A DNA stretch of 64,000 nt from Eledone cirrhosa (taxonomy: Eukaryota), in the NCBI GenBank assembly GCA_964016885.1, contig OZ024764.1, forward strand, positions 28,954,001 to 29,018,000. The letters run 5' to 3'. Of this stretch, positions 52,301-64,000 are shown piece by piece (position 1 is the stretch's first letter; every line of letters begins with the position of its first letter). The position numbers and the translations under genes are program-made. The notes below the pieces were generated by a model. That model was not told the DNA's origin, did no database searches, and worked only from the letters and a program-made list of their open reading frames with translations.

Positions 52301-55300
52301 ATCTCGCTCTCTACTCTCGTTTCCTCTCTCTCGTTTCGTCTCTCTCGTTTCCTCTCTCTCTCGTTTCATCTAGCTCTCCCACTCTCGTTTCATCTCGCTC
52401 TCTCTGTCTCGTTCCATCTCGCTCTCACTCTCTCGTTTCATCTCGCTCTCTCTCTCTCATTTCATCTCGCTCTCTCTCTCTCATTTCATCTCGCTCTCTC
52501 TCTCTCGTTTCATCTCGCTCTCTCTGTCTCGTTTCATCTCGCTCTCGCTCTCTCTGTCTCGTTTCATCCCGCTCTCTCTGTCTCGTTTCATCTCGCTCTC
52601 TCTCTCTCATTTCATCTCGCTCTCTCTCTCTCATTTCATCTCGCTCTCTCTCTCTCTCTCGTTTCATCTCGCTCTCACTCTCTCATTTCATCTCGCTCTC
52701 TCTCGTTTGATTTCGCTTTCACTCTCTCTTCCTCTCTCTCTCTTGTTTCAACACTCTAATCCCTCACTTGTTTCATCTCTATCTAATCCCTCACTTGTTT
52801 CATCTATCTCAGAATTATTAGCCACAGGGGCAGAGATGTCCATAACATTACATGTCAGAATTATTAGCCACAGGGGCAGAGATGTCCATAACATTACATG
52901 ACAGATTTATTAGCCACAGGGGCAGAGATGTCCATAACATTACATGTCATATTTATTAGCCACAGGGGCAGAGATGTCCATAACATTACATGTCAGAATT
53001 ATTAGCCACAGGGGCAGAGATGTCCATAACATTACATGACAGATTTATTAGCCACAGGGGCAGAGATGTCCATAACATTACATGACAGAATTATTAGCCA
53101 CAGGGGCAGAGATGTCCATAACATTACATGACAGAATTATTAGCCACAGGGGCAGAGATTTCCATAACATTACATGACAATTATTAGCCCCAAGGGCAGA
53201 TGTGTCCATAACATTACATGACAGACTTTCATCTCGCGCTCTCTCTCTCTCGTTTCATCTTCCGCTCTCTCTCTTCCTCTCTCTCGTTTCATCTTGTTCT
53301 CTCTCTCTCTCGTTTCATCTCGCGTTCTCTCTCTTCCTCTCTCTCGTTTCATCTCGCTCTCTCTCTCTCTCTCGTTTCATCTCTGTCTTCCTCTCTCTCG
53401 TTCCATCTCTCTCTTCCTCTCTCTCGTTCCATCTCTCTCTTCCTCTCTCTCGTTTCATCTCTCTCTCTCGTTTCATCTCTATCTCCCTCGTTTCATCTGT
53501 CTCTCTCTCTGTCGTTTCATCTCCCTCTATCTCTCTCTCGCTCTCTCGTTTCATCTCTCTCTCCCTCTCGTTTCATCTCGCTCTCTCTCTCCTGTTTCAT
53601 CTCGCTCTCTCTCTCCTGTTTCATCTCGCTCTCTCTCTCCTGTTTCATCTCGCTCTCTCTCTCCTGTTTCATCTCGCTCTCTACTCTCGTTTCCTCTCTC
53701 TCTCGTTTCCTCTAGCTCTCACTCTCTCGTTTCATCTCGCTCTCTCTCTCTCATTTCATCTCGCTCTCTCTCTCTCGTTTCATCTCGCTCTAATCTGTCT
53801 CGTTTCATTTCGCTCTCTCTCTCTCTCGTTTCATCTCGCTCTCTCTGTCTCGTTTCATCTCGCTCTCTCTCTCTCATTTCATCTCGCTCTCGCTCTCTCA
53901 TTTCATCTCGCTCTCTCTCTCTCGTTTCATCTCGCTCTCACTCTCTCATTTCATCTCGCTCTCTCTCTCTCGTTTGATCTCGCTCTCACTCTCTCTTCCT
54001 CTCTCTCTCTTGTTTCAACACTCTAATCCCTCACTTGTTTCATCTCTCTCTTATCCCTCACTTGTTTCATCTGTCTCTCTCTCTGTCGTTTCATCTCCCT
54101 CTATCTCTCTCTCGCTCTCTCGTTTCATCTCTCTCTCCCTCTCGTTTCATCTCGCTCTCTCTCTCCTGTTTCATCTCGCTCTCTCTCTCCTGTTTCATCT
54201 CGCTCTCTACTCTCGTTTCCTCTCTCTCGTATCCTCTCTCTCGTTTCCTCTCTCTCTCGTTTCCTCTCTCTATCGTTTCCTCTCTCTATCGTTTCCTCTA
54301 GCTCTCACTCTCTCGTTTCATCTCGCTCTCTCTCTCTCATTTCATCTCGCTCTCTCTCTCTCGTTTCATCTCGCTCTAATCTGTCTCGTTTCATTTCGCT
54401 CTCTCTCTCTCTCGTTTCACCTCGCTCTCTCTGTCTCGTTTCATCTCGCTCTCTCTCTCTCATTTCATCTCGCTCTCTCTCTCTCATTTCATCTCGCTCT
54501 CTCTCTCTCGTTTCATCTCGCTCTCACTCTCTCATTTCATCTCGCTCTCTCTCTCTCGTTTCATCTCGCTCTCACTCTCTCTTCCTCTCTCTCTCTTGTT
54601 TCAGCACTCTAATCCCTCACTTGTTTCATCTCTCTCTTATCCCTCACTTGTTTCATCTCTCTCAGAATTATTAGCCACAGGGGCAGAGATATCCATAACA
54701 TTACATGTCAGAATTATTAGCCACAGGGGCAGAGATGTCCATAACATTACATGACAGATTTATTAGCCACAGGGGCAGAGATGTCCATAACATTACATGA
54801 CAAATTTATTAGCCACAGGGGCAGAGATGTCCATAACATTACATGACAGAATTATTAGCCACAGGGGCAGAGATGTCCATAACATTACATGACATAATTA
54901 TTAGCCATAGGGACAGAGATGTCCATAACATTACATGACAGAATTATTTGCCACAGGGGCAGAGATGTACATAACATTACATGACAATTATTAGCCCCAA
55001 GGGTAGATATGTCCATAACATTACATGACAATTATTAGCCCCAAGGGCAGATATGTCCATAACATTACATGACAGACTTTCATCTCGCGCTCTCTCTCTA
55101 ACTCTCTCTCGTTTCACCTCGCTCTCTCTCTCTCGTTTCATCTCGCTCTCTCTCTCTCGTTTCATCTCGCTCTCTCTCTCTCGTTTCATCTCGCACTCTC
55201 TCTCTTCCTCTCTCTCGTTTCATCTCGCTCTCTCTCTCTCTCGTTTCATATCTGTCTTCCTTTCTCTCGTTCCATCTCTCTATTCCTCTCTCTCTCGTTT

Positions 55301-58300
55301 CATCTAGCTATCACTCTCTCGTTTCATCTCCCTCTATCTCTCTCTCGCTCTCTCGTTTCATCTCTCCCTCCCTCTCGTTTCATCTCGCTCTCTCTCTCCG
55401 GTTTCATCTCGCTCTCTCTCTCTCCTGTTTCATCTTGCTCTCTACTCTCGTTTCCTCTCTCTTGTTTCCTCTCTCTAGTTTCCTCTCTCTCTCGTTTCCT
55501 CTCTCTCTCGTTTCATCTAGCTCTCACTCTCTCGTTTCATCTCGCTCTCTCTGACTCGTTCCATCTCGCTCTCACTCTCTCGTTTCATCTCGCTCTCTCT
55601 CTCTCATTTCATCTCGCTCTCTCTCTCTCATTTCATCTCGATCTCTCTGTCTCGTTTCATCCCGCTCTCTCTGTCTCGTTTCATCTCGCTCTCTCTCTCT
55701 CATTTCATCTCGCTCTCTCTCTCTCATTTCATCTCGCTCTCTCTCTCTCATTTCATCTCGCTCTCTCTCACTCTCTCGTTTCATCTCACTCTCAATCTCT
55801 CATTTCATCTCGCTCTCTCTCTCTCACTTCATCTCGCGCTCTCTCTCTTCCTCTCTCTCGTTTCATCTCGCGCTCTCTCTCTTCCTCTCTCTCGTTTCAT
55901 CTCGCTCTCTCTCTCTCTCTCGTTTCATCTTGCGCTCTCTCTCTTCCTCTCTCTCGTTTCATCTCGATCTCTCTCTGTCTCGTTTCATCTCTGTCCTCCT
56001 CTCGCTCGTTCCATCTCTCTCTTCCTCTCTCTCGTTCCATCTCTCTCTTCCTCTCTCTCGTTTCATCTTGCTCTCTCTCTCTCTCGTTTCATCTCTGTCT
56101 TCCTCTCTCTCGTTCCATCTCTCTCTTCCTCTCTCTCGTTCCATCTCTCTCTTCCTCTCTCTCGTTTCATCTCTCTCTCTCGTTTCATCTCTATCTCCCT
56201 CGTTTCATCTGTCTCTCTCTCTGTCGTTTCATCTCCCTCTATCTCTCTCTCGCTCTCTCGTTTCATCTCTCTCTCCCTCTCGTTTCATCTCGCTTTCTCT
56301 CTCCTGTTTCATCTCGCTCTCTCTCTCCTGTTTCATCTCGCTCTCTACTCTCGTTTCCTCTCTCTCGTTTCGTATCTCTCGTTTCCTCTCTCTCTCGTTT
56401 CATCTAGCTCTCCTACTCTCGTTTCATCTCGCTCTCTCTGTCTCGTTCCATCTCGCTCTCACTCTCTCGTTTCATCTCGCTCTCTCTCTCTCATTTCATC
56501 TCGCTCTCTCTCTCTCATTTCATCTCGCTCTCTCTCTCTCGTTTCATCTCGCTCTCTCTGTCTCGTTTCATCTCGCTCTTGCTCTCTCTGTCACGTTTCA
56601 TCCCGCTCTCTCTGTCTCGTTTCATCTCGCTCTCTCTCTCTCATTTCATCTCGCTCTCTCTCTCTCATTTCATCTCGCTCTCTCTCTCTCTCTCGTTTGA
56701 TCTCGCTCTCACTCTCTCTTCCTCTCTCTCTCTTGTTTCAACACTCTAATCCCTCACTTGTTTCATCTCTCTCTTATCCCTCACTTGTTTCATCTCTCTC
56801 AGAATTATTAGCCACAGGGGCAGAGATATCCATAACATTACATGTCAGAATTATTAGCCACAGCGGCAGAGATGTCCATAACATTACATGACAGATTTAT
56901 TAGCCACAGGGGCAGAGATGTCCATAACATTACATGACAAATTTATTAGCCACAGGGGCAGAGATGTCCATAACATTACATGACAGAATTATTAGCCACA
57001 GGGGCAGAGATGTCCATAACATTACATGACATAATTATTAGCCACAGGGACAGAGATGTCCATAACATTACATGACAGAATTATTTGCCACAGGGGCAGA
57101 GATGTACATAACATTACATGACAATTATTAGCCCCAAGGGTAGATATGTCCATAACATTACATGACAATTATTAGCCCCAAGGGCAGATATGTCCATAAC
57201 ATTACATGACAGACTTTCATCTCGCGCTCTCTCTCTTCCTCTCTCTCGTTTCATCTCGCTCTCTCTCTCTCGTTTCATCTCGCTCTCTCTCTCTCGTTTC
57301 ATCTCGCTCTCTCTCTCTCGTTTCATCTCGCGCTCTCTCTCTTCCTCTCTCTCGTTTCATCTCGCTCTCTCTCTCTCTCGTTTCATATCTGTCTTCCTCT
57401 CTCTCGTTCCATCTCTCTATTCCTCTCTCTCTCGTTTCATCTAGCTATCACTCTCTCGTTTCATCTCCCTCTATCTCTCTCTCGCTCTCTCGTTTCATCT
57501 CTCCCTCCCTCTCGTTTCATCTCGCTCTCTCTCTCCGGTTTCATCTCGCTCTCTCTCTTTCCTGTTTCATCTTGCTCTCTACTCTCGTTTCCTCTCTCTT
57601 GTTTCCTCTCTCTAGTTTCCTCTCTCTCTCGTTTCCTCTCTCTCTCGTTTCATCTAGCTCTCACTCTCTCGTTTCATCTCGCTCTCTCTGACTCGTTCCA
57701 TCTCGCTCTCACTCTCTCGTTTCATCTCGCTCTCTCTCTCTCATTTCATCTCGCTCTCTCTCTCTCATTTCATCTCGATCTCTCTGTCTCGTTTCATCCC
57801 GCTCTCTCTGTCTCGTTTCATCTCGCTCTCTCTCTCTCATTTCATCTCGCTCTCTCTCTCTCTCATTTCATCTCGCTCTCTCTCTCTCATTTCATCTCGC
57901 TCTCTCTCACTCTCTCGTTTCATCTCACTCTCAATCTCTCATTTCATCTCGCTCTCTCTCTCTCACTTCATCTCGCACTCTCTCTCTTCCTCTCTCTCGT
58001 TTCATCTCGCGCTCTCTCTCTTCCTCTCTCTCGTTTCATCTCGCTCTCTCTCTCTCGTTTCATCTTGCGCTCTCTCTCTTCCTCTCTCTCGTTTCATCTC
58101 GATCTCTCTCTGTCTCGTTTCATCGCTGTCTTCCTCTCGCTCGTTCCATATCTCTCTTCCTCTCTCTCGTTCCATCTCTCTCTTCCTCTCTCTCGTTTCA
58201 TCTTGCTCTCTCTCTCTCTCGTTTCATCTCTGTCTTCCTCTCTCTCGTTCCATCTCTCTCTTCCTCTCTCTCGTTCCATCTCTCTCTTCCTCTCTCTCGT

Positions 58301-60042
58301 TTCATCTCTCTCTCTCGTTTCATCTCTATCTCCCTCGTTTCATCTGTCTCTCTCTCTGTCGTTTCATCTCCCTCTATCTCTCTCTCGCTCTCTCGTTTCA
58401 TCTCTCTCTCCCTCTCGTTTCATCTCGCTTTCTCTCTCCTGTTTCATCTCGCTCTCTCTCTCCTGTTTCATCTCGCTCTCTACTCTCGTTTCCTCTCTCT
58501 CGTTTCGTATCTCTCGTTTCCTCTCTCTCTCGTTTCATCTAGCTCTCCTACTCTCGTTTCATCTCGCTCTCTCTGTCTCGTTCCATCTCGCTCTCACTCT
58601 CTCGTTTCATCTCGCTCTCTCTCTCTCATTTCATCTCGCTCTCTCTCTCTCATTTCATCTCGCTCTCTCTCTCTCGTTTCATCTCGCTCTCTCTGTCTCG
58701 TTTCATCTCGCTCTTGCTCTCTCTGTCACGTTTCATCCCGCTCTCTCTGTCTCGTTTCATCTCGCTCTCTCTCTCTCATTTCATCTCGCTCTCTCTCTCT
58801 CATTTCATCTCGCTCTCTCTCTCTCTCTCGTTTCATCTCGCTCTCACTCTCTCTTCCTCTCTCTCTCTTGTTTCAACACTCTAATCCCTCACTTGTTTCA
58901 TCTCTCTCTAATCCCTCACTTGTTTCATCTCTCTCAGAATTATTAGCCACAGGGGCAGAGATGTCCATAACATTACATGTCAGAATTATTAGCCACAGGG
59001 GCAGAGATGTCCATAACATTACATGTCAGAATTATTAGCCACAGGGGCAGAGATGTCCATAACATTACATGACAGATTTATTAGCCACAGGGGCAGAGAT
59101 GTCCATAACATTACATGACGAATTTATTAGCCACAGGGGCAGAGATGTCCATAACATTACATGTCAGAATTATTAGCTACAGGGGCAGAGATGTCCATAA
59201 CATTACATGTCAGAATTATTAGCCACAGGGGCAGAGATGTCCATAACATTACATGACAGATTTATTAGCCACAGTGGCAGAGATGTCCGTAACATTAAAT
59301 GACAGATTTATTAGCCACAGGGGCAGAGATTCCATAACATTACATGTCAGAATTATTAGCCACAGGGGCAGAGATTTCCATAACATTACATGACAGAATT
59401 ATTAGCCACAGGGGCAGAGATGTCCATAACATTACATGACAATTATTAGCCCCAGGGTCAGATATGTCCATGACAGAGTTTCATCTCTCGCTCTCTCTCT
59501 TCCTCTCTCTCGTTTCATCTCGCTCTCTCTCTCGTTTCATCTCGCTCTCTCTCTCTCTCGTTTCACCTCTGTCTTCTTCTCTCTCGTTTCATCTCTCTCT
59601 TCCTCTCTCTCGTTCTATCTCTCTCTTCCTCTCTCTCGTTTCATCTCTCTCTCTCGTTTCATCTCTATATCCCTCGTTTCATCTGTCTCTCTCTCTGTCG
59701 TTTCATTTCCCTCTATCTCTCTCTCGCTCTCTCGTTTCATCTCTCTCTCCCTCTCGTTTCATCTCGCTCTCTCTCTCCTGTTTCATCTCGCTCTCTACTC
59801 ACGTTTCCTCTCTCTCGTTTCCTCTCTTTCTCGTTTCATCTCTCTCTCGTTTCATCTCTCTATGTCTCATTTCATCTCGCTCTCTCTCTCTCTCTCATTT
59901 CATCTCGTTCTCTCTCTCTCTCATTTCATCTCGCTCTCACTCTCTCGTTTCATCTCGCTCTCTCACTCTCGTTTCATCTCGCACTCTCTCTCTCATTTCA
60001 TCTCGCTCTCTGTCTCGTGTCATCTCGCTCTCTCTGTCTCTC
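49345..60042 (+). repeat. Plus-orientation bipartite satellite (46-mer arrays at ~49345, 50741, 52811, 54663, 56801, 58936 alternating with CT blocks)
   Basis: Direct pattern; higher-order period ~2.14 kb (ORFs 54977 vs 57114). Confidence 0.95.
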
Positions 60043-60184
60043 GGGTCTGACGCCATGCTTTCCAGCATAGTTACGTCCCTTTACGATCCGAGGTAAACTT
60101 TGCCTTTCATCCTTACGGGGTCGATAAAATAAAGTACTAGTAATGTACTGGTTAATTACTGACCTTGTGCCTAAAATAGAAACA
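60043..60184 (+). mobile_element. SINE (paralogue of 2297-2464), 5' end lost at the satellite junction
   Basis: Begins GGTCTGACGCC directly after CT satellite. Confidence 0.75.
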
Positions 60185-60660
60185 ATTATTAGTTCAAAGA
60201 GAAACCACCATCATAGAGAAACCACCATCCTACCTGAAATATTATGTTATCATATTAAATATTTCTTATACTGTCATGTTTTTTCTTTAAAACGATTGGA
60301 TTTCAATAAAGTGAAGAAAACTATTATATACTGTTGTTATATCATTATACTTTAGTTTTAACTTATTATTTCTATGTGTATAAATATAATGTATGTAAGT
60401 GTGTTTGAAAATATATAATAATAATATGCATGTTTGAAGCAGCGTTCAACTGAAATATCTACACCGGTAACTTAATTAGTGTTACACCTTAGGCATAAAC
60501 TATTTGGCATTCTTTGAAGGAGGTACTAGGTTTTTCAATGTCTTAAATGGAGTATACACGCGCACACAATGCATATATATAAATTGTTTTTCTCTGTACA
60601 AAGAGATTGACATCATTTCTTAAATCATTATTTAGGGTTTTACATTATTTAGGGTTTTAC

Positions 60661-60787
60661 GTCCCTTAACGATCTGAGTTCAAATCCCGCTGAGGTTGAC
60701 TTTGCCTTTCATCCTTACGGGGTCGATAAAATAAAGTACCAGTAATGCACTGGGTAATTGCTGGCCTTGTGCCAAAAAGTAGAAACA
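60661..60787 (+). mobile_element. 5'-truncated SINE insertion private to U4, with 17-bp target duplication
   Basis: ATTATTTAGGGTTTTAC at 60627, 60644 and 60788; empty sites at ~2907 and ~17234. Confidence 0.85.
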
Positions 60788-60913
60788 ATTATTTAGGGTT
60801 TTACAACAAAACATATTGTATGTGTAATTATACAAATTGAATTTAAGTATTTATTTTAAAATTTTACATACACTTTAGTAGTATATATATATATATATAT
60901 ATATATTCATTTG

Positions 60914-61657
60914 TGATGCCATGCATTGTATTGTACACTTCGACATATGAATTACGTTCATGCAACACTTCTCTTATCATAGCCATTTTTTATGGTGAGC
61001 AGTCATTATTTGTTGGTACTAGGGCAGTGGATTGGCAGTATCGGTAGAGCGCCAGACACCATGCTTTACAGCATAGGGTTATGGCCATTTACGTTCTGGG
61101 TTCAAATCCCTCCAAGGTTGACTTTGTTTTCATCCTTATGAGGTCGATAGAATAAAGTACCAGTAATTGCTGGCCTTGTGCCAGAAACAATTATTTGGTT
61201 GTACTTCCAATCTGTGCTACACACCTTCGTTCCCATCAATAATATATAACTGGTCATATTGTGGTGTATTTTCTGCAGGTTACAGAGATGGGGGTGTAGT
61301 GATATGTTTGACCCTGAATATGAAAGCTATACGGGCCTCTGCCGGGTGGTAACACCAAATGAAGTGAAATAAATGTAGTTTTAATTGCAGATGTTTCTGT
61401 GAAATCAACTGCTTCCTGGCCTCTTTCAAAGAGATTTCTCAGTCTCTCAGGGTATATTTGCAATGGTGGCAACACAACCTTTCCTTTATTACAACAGTTA
61501 CAATTTTCATTTCTAAATTTCAAAGCTCCACAGTGATCACACGAAACATTCATATCACTAATATGAAATTCTTCTACATTTCCATTAATATTAATTGTTG
61601 GCCAATTTCTCTTACAACGCTCATTATCCATTCTTCTCTGTCTGAATGTTTTCCATT
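60914..61657 (-). pseudogene. Helitron N-terminal fragment of U4 (SINE at 61021-61189)
   Basis: ORF 61254..61631 near-identical to 3345..3740. Confidence 0.85.
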
Positions 61658-64000
61658 CTGTTGTTTATTATGTAATTAAATAGCTCTGTACAATACATAG
61701 AGCACTCTTCTTTTCTTTACCTTTTCTATGGAAATACAAGAACAAACATGTAAATATATATATATATGTATATACATAAACAAGACTGTTATTGCTCCAA
61801 CCAGTCTATTTACCTTTGATAACTATCCTAAATATAAATACACCTATACCATACATACATATATCATATATGTTTTTGATGCCGTGGTATAGCAGAGATA
61901 AGCAAGAAGAGAAAAGAAAATGAAAAGGAGAAAAAAAAAGAAGTAAGAAGTCGGGGGAGGGACAAACACTTCACCCCAGTCTAAGTGGTCCCTCAGCCGC
62001 AACCTGTGGAAGAAACGTAAAAGCGTTACCTCGGAGCAAGGCCAGAGACACCTGCTACAATAGTCGCCCCTCCTCATGAGGCTCCTGTCATCTTTCCTCC
62101 CGACTTTATGGAGGAAATCAGCAGTACAGGGACCAAGTATGGCAGAGGTCTCAATGGAGTGGAAGAGGTGAGTCAGGCCTTGGTACTATCTTACTATCCT
62201 CTGCATTGCGGGGTGTGGAGCCTAGGTTTGTGGCTGTAGCTATATTTGAACTTTTATATGAAATTTCAGTTTTATATTTTTCACATCATAAAACTTAATC
62301 TTAGTCTTTTGCAGCTCATCTTGTTTCATCTCGCAGCACACGATTTGGGAACCACTGCTCTAGAGATAGAAAAAGTATATTTTATGCAGGGCTTCCCTGA
62401 GACATAAAAACTATTTCAAGAGATCGACATGGGTAGAAAGGTTGAGAAATGCTGCACAATGTTCTTTGGTTTTTGTTCACCTTTAGATAATCATGTATAA
62501 AATATCGGGTGTGCAAGATTTCATGAAAAGGTATAACATTATTTATGCTGGTCTTGCAGGGACTAGCTCCAATTGAGAGTTGTACCAATTCCCACTAAAC
62601 TCGAAACTCCTGGACAATATATACATATCTTTATAAGTTCCTGTGTATTGTGTCGCTGTATAATGAAACATAAATATATACCATGCATGTCAGTCAGATT
62701 TGAACTCACTATATTTGGCGTTTTATAGACAGAATTTGTTTGTTAAAACAATTGATTAAATAATAACTAAATAAAATTAATTCTACAATCCTGGATAGGG
62801 AATGAACTTATAACTTCATAATAGAAGCCATCTATTCGAGCAGTATTGCCATCTAAGCCACCAGGTTACTTACAGAACTTCATTCAAATATAAAATATAA
62901 AATATATGCCAGACATAGTGAGTTCGAATCTGACTGATTAGTTGGTCATTGTCCCAGCCAACAGTTTAAATCGCCAACCAGTAGGTGACATCGACTAGGT
63001 TGGGAAAACTTGGTTAAGTAGCTCCAGTTATTGCTACGTTAGACATATTCAAGACTTATCGACACCGAATGGAAGAAAGGTAAAGTTGAACTCAGAGTAA
63101 AGAACAGGAAAAATACTGCAAAGAATTCTATCTGATGTTCTAACAATTCTACCAAATTACCTTATGTATATATATTTATATCTAGAGATAAGAAGAAAAC
63201 TGAAAGAAAGAAAAAAAAAAATGAGACCTTATATGTAACCCATAAACAGGATTGAAACCGAAACCAGGACTACCACCATCTCTGGTATCACCCACCAGAC
63301 CACCATGAAAGATACAAAAATCTGCTTTTTTAATATTTATAAGCCTACTTTCAATATTAAAGTAATTAACATGTGGTGTTGTTCATGCCTTTCTCTATGT
63401 TATTGGTAAAAAATAAAGTATTTAAACCTCAAATTTTGTTATTCAAATATGCTTGCTTATGTAATTATAAATGTCGCAGAATACACACACATATATAGAT
63501 GTGAAAATATTCAGGACCCCAACGGCTGTGCTACTGCCGTTTCGACATCTATATATATATATTTTTGTCCTAGGCTCTTTCAGCGCAGAAAGAATTCTCC
63601 AATGATCACAACCAGCTAATGGTGCCCAGTGGAAGCACTTTAGTCTAATTGTAACCCCAACGATCACGATTAGCGGCGGCTTTTTCGAGTCTGAGGTTGA
63701 CTGCCAGATATATATATATATATCTATATATATATATATATATTTTTATACTTTGCTAGAATCCCGGAGAACAACAGAAAGATGCTGAGTTCAGAGTTTA
63801 AAAAACATGTCCCCTTTAATATAAAAACAATCCGAGTCTTGTAAAAGTGTTATTACTGTAATATAAAGTAGAAACCCTTTATTTAAACAAAGCTGCGATG
63901 CAGCGATCATCAAAGCAAACCCCAAAATGTAAACAAACTTCTCGCAGGTGCTGCCAGATACACGATAACATGTGTATACGAAGTGTAACAGGGAGTTGGG

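Noticed and set aside
41819-60096. Long Ser/Leu-rich (SLSRFISL) and Arg/Glu-rich ORFs up to 442 aa
   Set aside because: Translations of CT/GA satellite that lacks stop codons by composition; open in several frames at once

Overview
AT-rich eukaryotic repeat DNA with no intact host gene. The tRNA-derived SINE, RTE 3' tails and TTAA MITE resemble octopus/cephalopod repeats (inference). The window is a head-to-tail array of a ~15-kb composite unit: U1 ~1-14769, U2 ~14770-30060, a rearranged U3 ~30060-41127, and U4 from ~58940 to the end. Each unit is built around a dead, doubly internally deleted Helitron RepHel on the minus strand and carries SINEs, MITEs, CRE and RTE LINE fragments and several minisatellites. 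An ~19-kb bipartite satellite (46-bp unit arrays alternating with GTTTCATCTCGC(TC)n arrays) fills 41128-60042 and contains an ~8-kb inversion. Main points: (i) a degenerate PHD finger lies behind a Pro-rich linker downstream of the Helitron Pif1 domain and can be reconstructed in frame with it; (ii) an 89-bp hairpin-unit array is inverted between two paralogues and has fold-back junctions; (iii) two long palindromes have inner arms that match within a copy but not between copies; (iv) the satellite core motif traces to a hAT-like transposon end. Nearly all ORFs in the supplied track are translations of satellites or microsatellites.
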